Assembly (NCBI RefSeq): GCF_001194135.2
Contig: NC_068984.1
Location: forward strand, 111,419,960 to 111,483,959
Source of the DNA: Octopus bimaculoides
Lineage: Eukaryota
DNA: 64,000 nt
Reading direction: 5' to 3'
Of this stretch, positions 62,541 through 64,000 are shown piece after piece; position 1 is the first letter of the stretch, and each line of letters begins with the position of its first letter. The notes beneath the pieces are model-generated. The model was not told where the DNA came from, made no database searches, and saw only the letters and a list, made by a program, of their open reading frames with translations. A program made the translations under genes and the position numbers.

Positions 62541-63700
62541 GAGATAGTCACGCACACATATACACGCACAGGACTGGCTTTTTCTTAGTTTCTGGCTACC
62601 AGACCTGTATATAGGTCAGCCAGCAGTTATTGCAGAAGCCACTTGCCCCATGTGCCATGCAACCATGCTGTGAGACCAAACTTAGCACCACACAGATGCA
62701 AAGCAAACTTTGTAACCACAATATAAGTAAAGCATAATAAAATCAGATATATACGGTAATTTTCATACAATGAGTTGATGTGCAAAATATAAGATGTGTA
62801 TGGTGGGGTTTCGATTTCAGAATTAATGGCTACAAAACTTCCAGAGTGAAATCTCACAATTGATCTCTCTCCTCCTTCTAAAAGCTATTAAATAAAGAGT
62901 CAGGAATCTATAAGAAATGGACTTAGTTGACAATTAATTTTACAGTCACAAATGTAAAAATAATATGAGTGAAGTTTATCAATCAGTTCTAAACTTGTGA
63001 TTTTCTTATAAAAACATACTATGTAAAGAAATGCTAATTAAAGAAGTTGAAATATTCTAACATTATTATTAATTCAGCAATTATTCATCATCATAGATAG
63101 GGAGATTCATTAAAATTCAGCAATCGAGCCACAATTTGCTATCAAATGTAAATTAAATCGTTTTCCTATTGTTTACAGATAGAAATACGTAGGAAAATCA
63201 GGAATTAGAGAATCTCAAAGAATGTCAAATGTAAAGTTAAATTAGTTAAGAGTTTGAGAATAAATTTAGAAAAGATTACTTAGAAATAATAAATATATTG
63301 ATAAATTTTCCTATTTCTCGTTACATATATACATACATCCTTATGTGTGTGTGTATATATATATATATATTCATGTATGTATGTATATATTTCATGCATA
63401 CATATATGCACAAGAGTGCATATACATGTGTAGACATATATATATATATATACATATATATATGTATGTATATGCACACATATATATCTATATGTGAATG
63501 TGTGTGCATGTGTGTGTGTGTGTGTGTGTGTTCATGTTAGCTTGTGTTAGTCAATGTGTATATTAATTGCCTTTTTGTTTTTGTGGTATTATTTTCAAAA
63601 TGTATTTCTGCTAGGAGAAATTATAAAAAGGCTTAAGCAGAGAGTTTTTCCATTCAGTCTTTATTGTAGAATATATAAATGTATGTATGTATGTATGGAT

Positions 63701-63749
<49 letters not shown>

Positions 63750-64000
63750 GATATATATATATATATATATAAACAAATAGTAAATGAGTATATGCATATA
63801 TACGTACAGGTATGTGCATACCGACATCCACCTGTATGTATAGGTGCACATTTGGGTACAGGACATTGCAAACAAAATGTAGACAAGAAAACACACAAGC
63901 CACATAGAGAACATTCTTCTTCATGAGCTATCCCCGTTTTAACACCAGCGTTTCGAAGAGCTAGATAGATAGATAGATATAGATATAGATATAGATATAT

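Overview
AT-rich, CpG-poor animal genomic DNA from a gapped draft assembly (about 19 N-gaps, roughly 6 kb). It is dominated by microsatellites and decayed transposons. The SINE architecture and microsatellite load suggest an octopus genome; this is inference, not a database match. Almost all ORFs in the supplied track are microsatellite or N-run artefacts. There is no intact gene or intact transposon. Supported content: (1) about 40 SINE or LINE-tail copies, including three or more tRNA-headed SINE families and 3' ends of an RTE LINE; (2) fragments of R4/Dong-clade, CR1-group, RTE and Penelope-like (GIY-YIG) retroelements; (3) a mariner transposase remnant plus mariner, piggyBac and hAT MITEs; (4) seven unrelated foldback or palindromic structures; (5) one plausible host exon (4883-5031) that may encode the end of an IRS-type PTB domain. 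The most interesting signals are a short repeat family that combines a tRNA-like Pol III head with a minimal type I hammerhead ribozyme motif (intact only in the consensus of three damaged copies), two R4-clade elements stacked head-to-tail at (CATA)n, and a 420-bp palindrome with a perfect 49-bp core. SINE labels A, B, D, E and F are my working names. Boundaries of decayed repeats are approximate.
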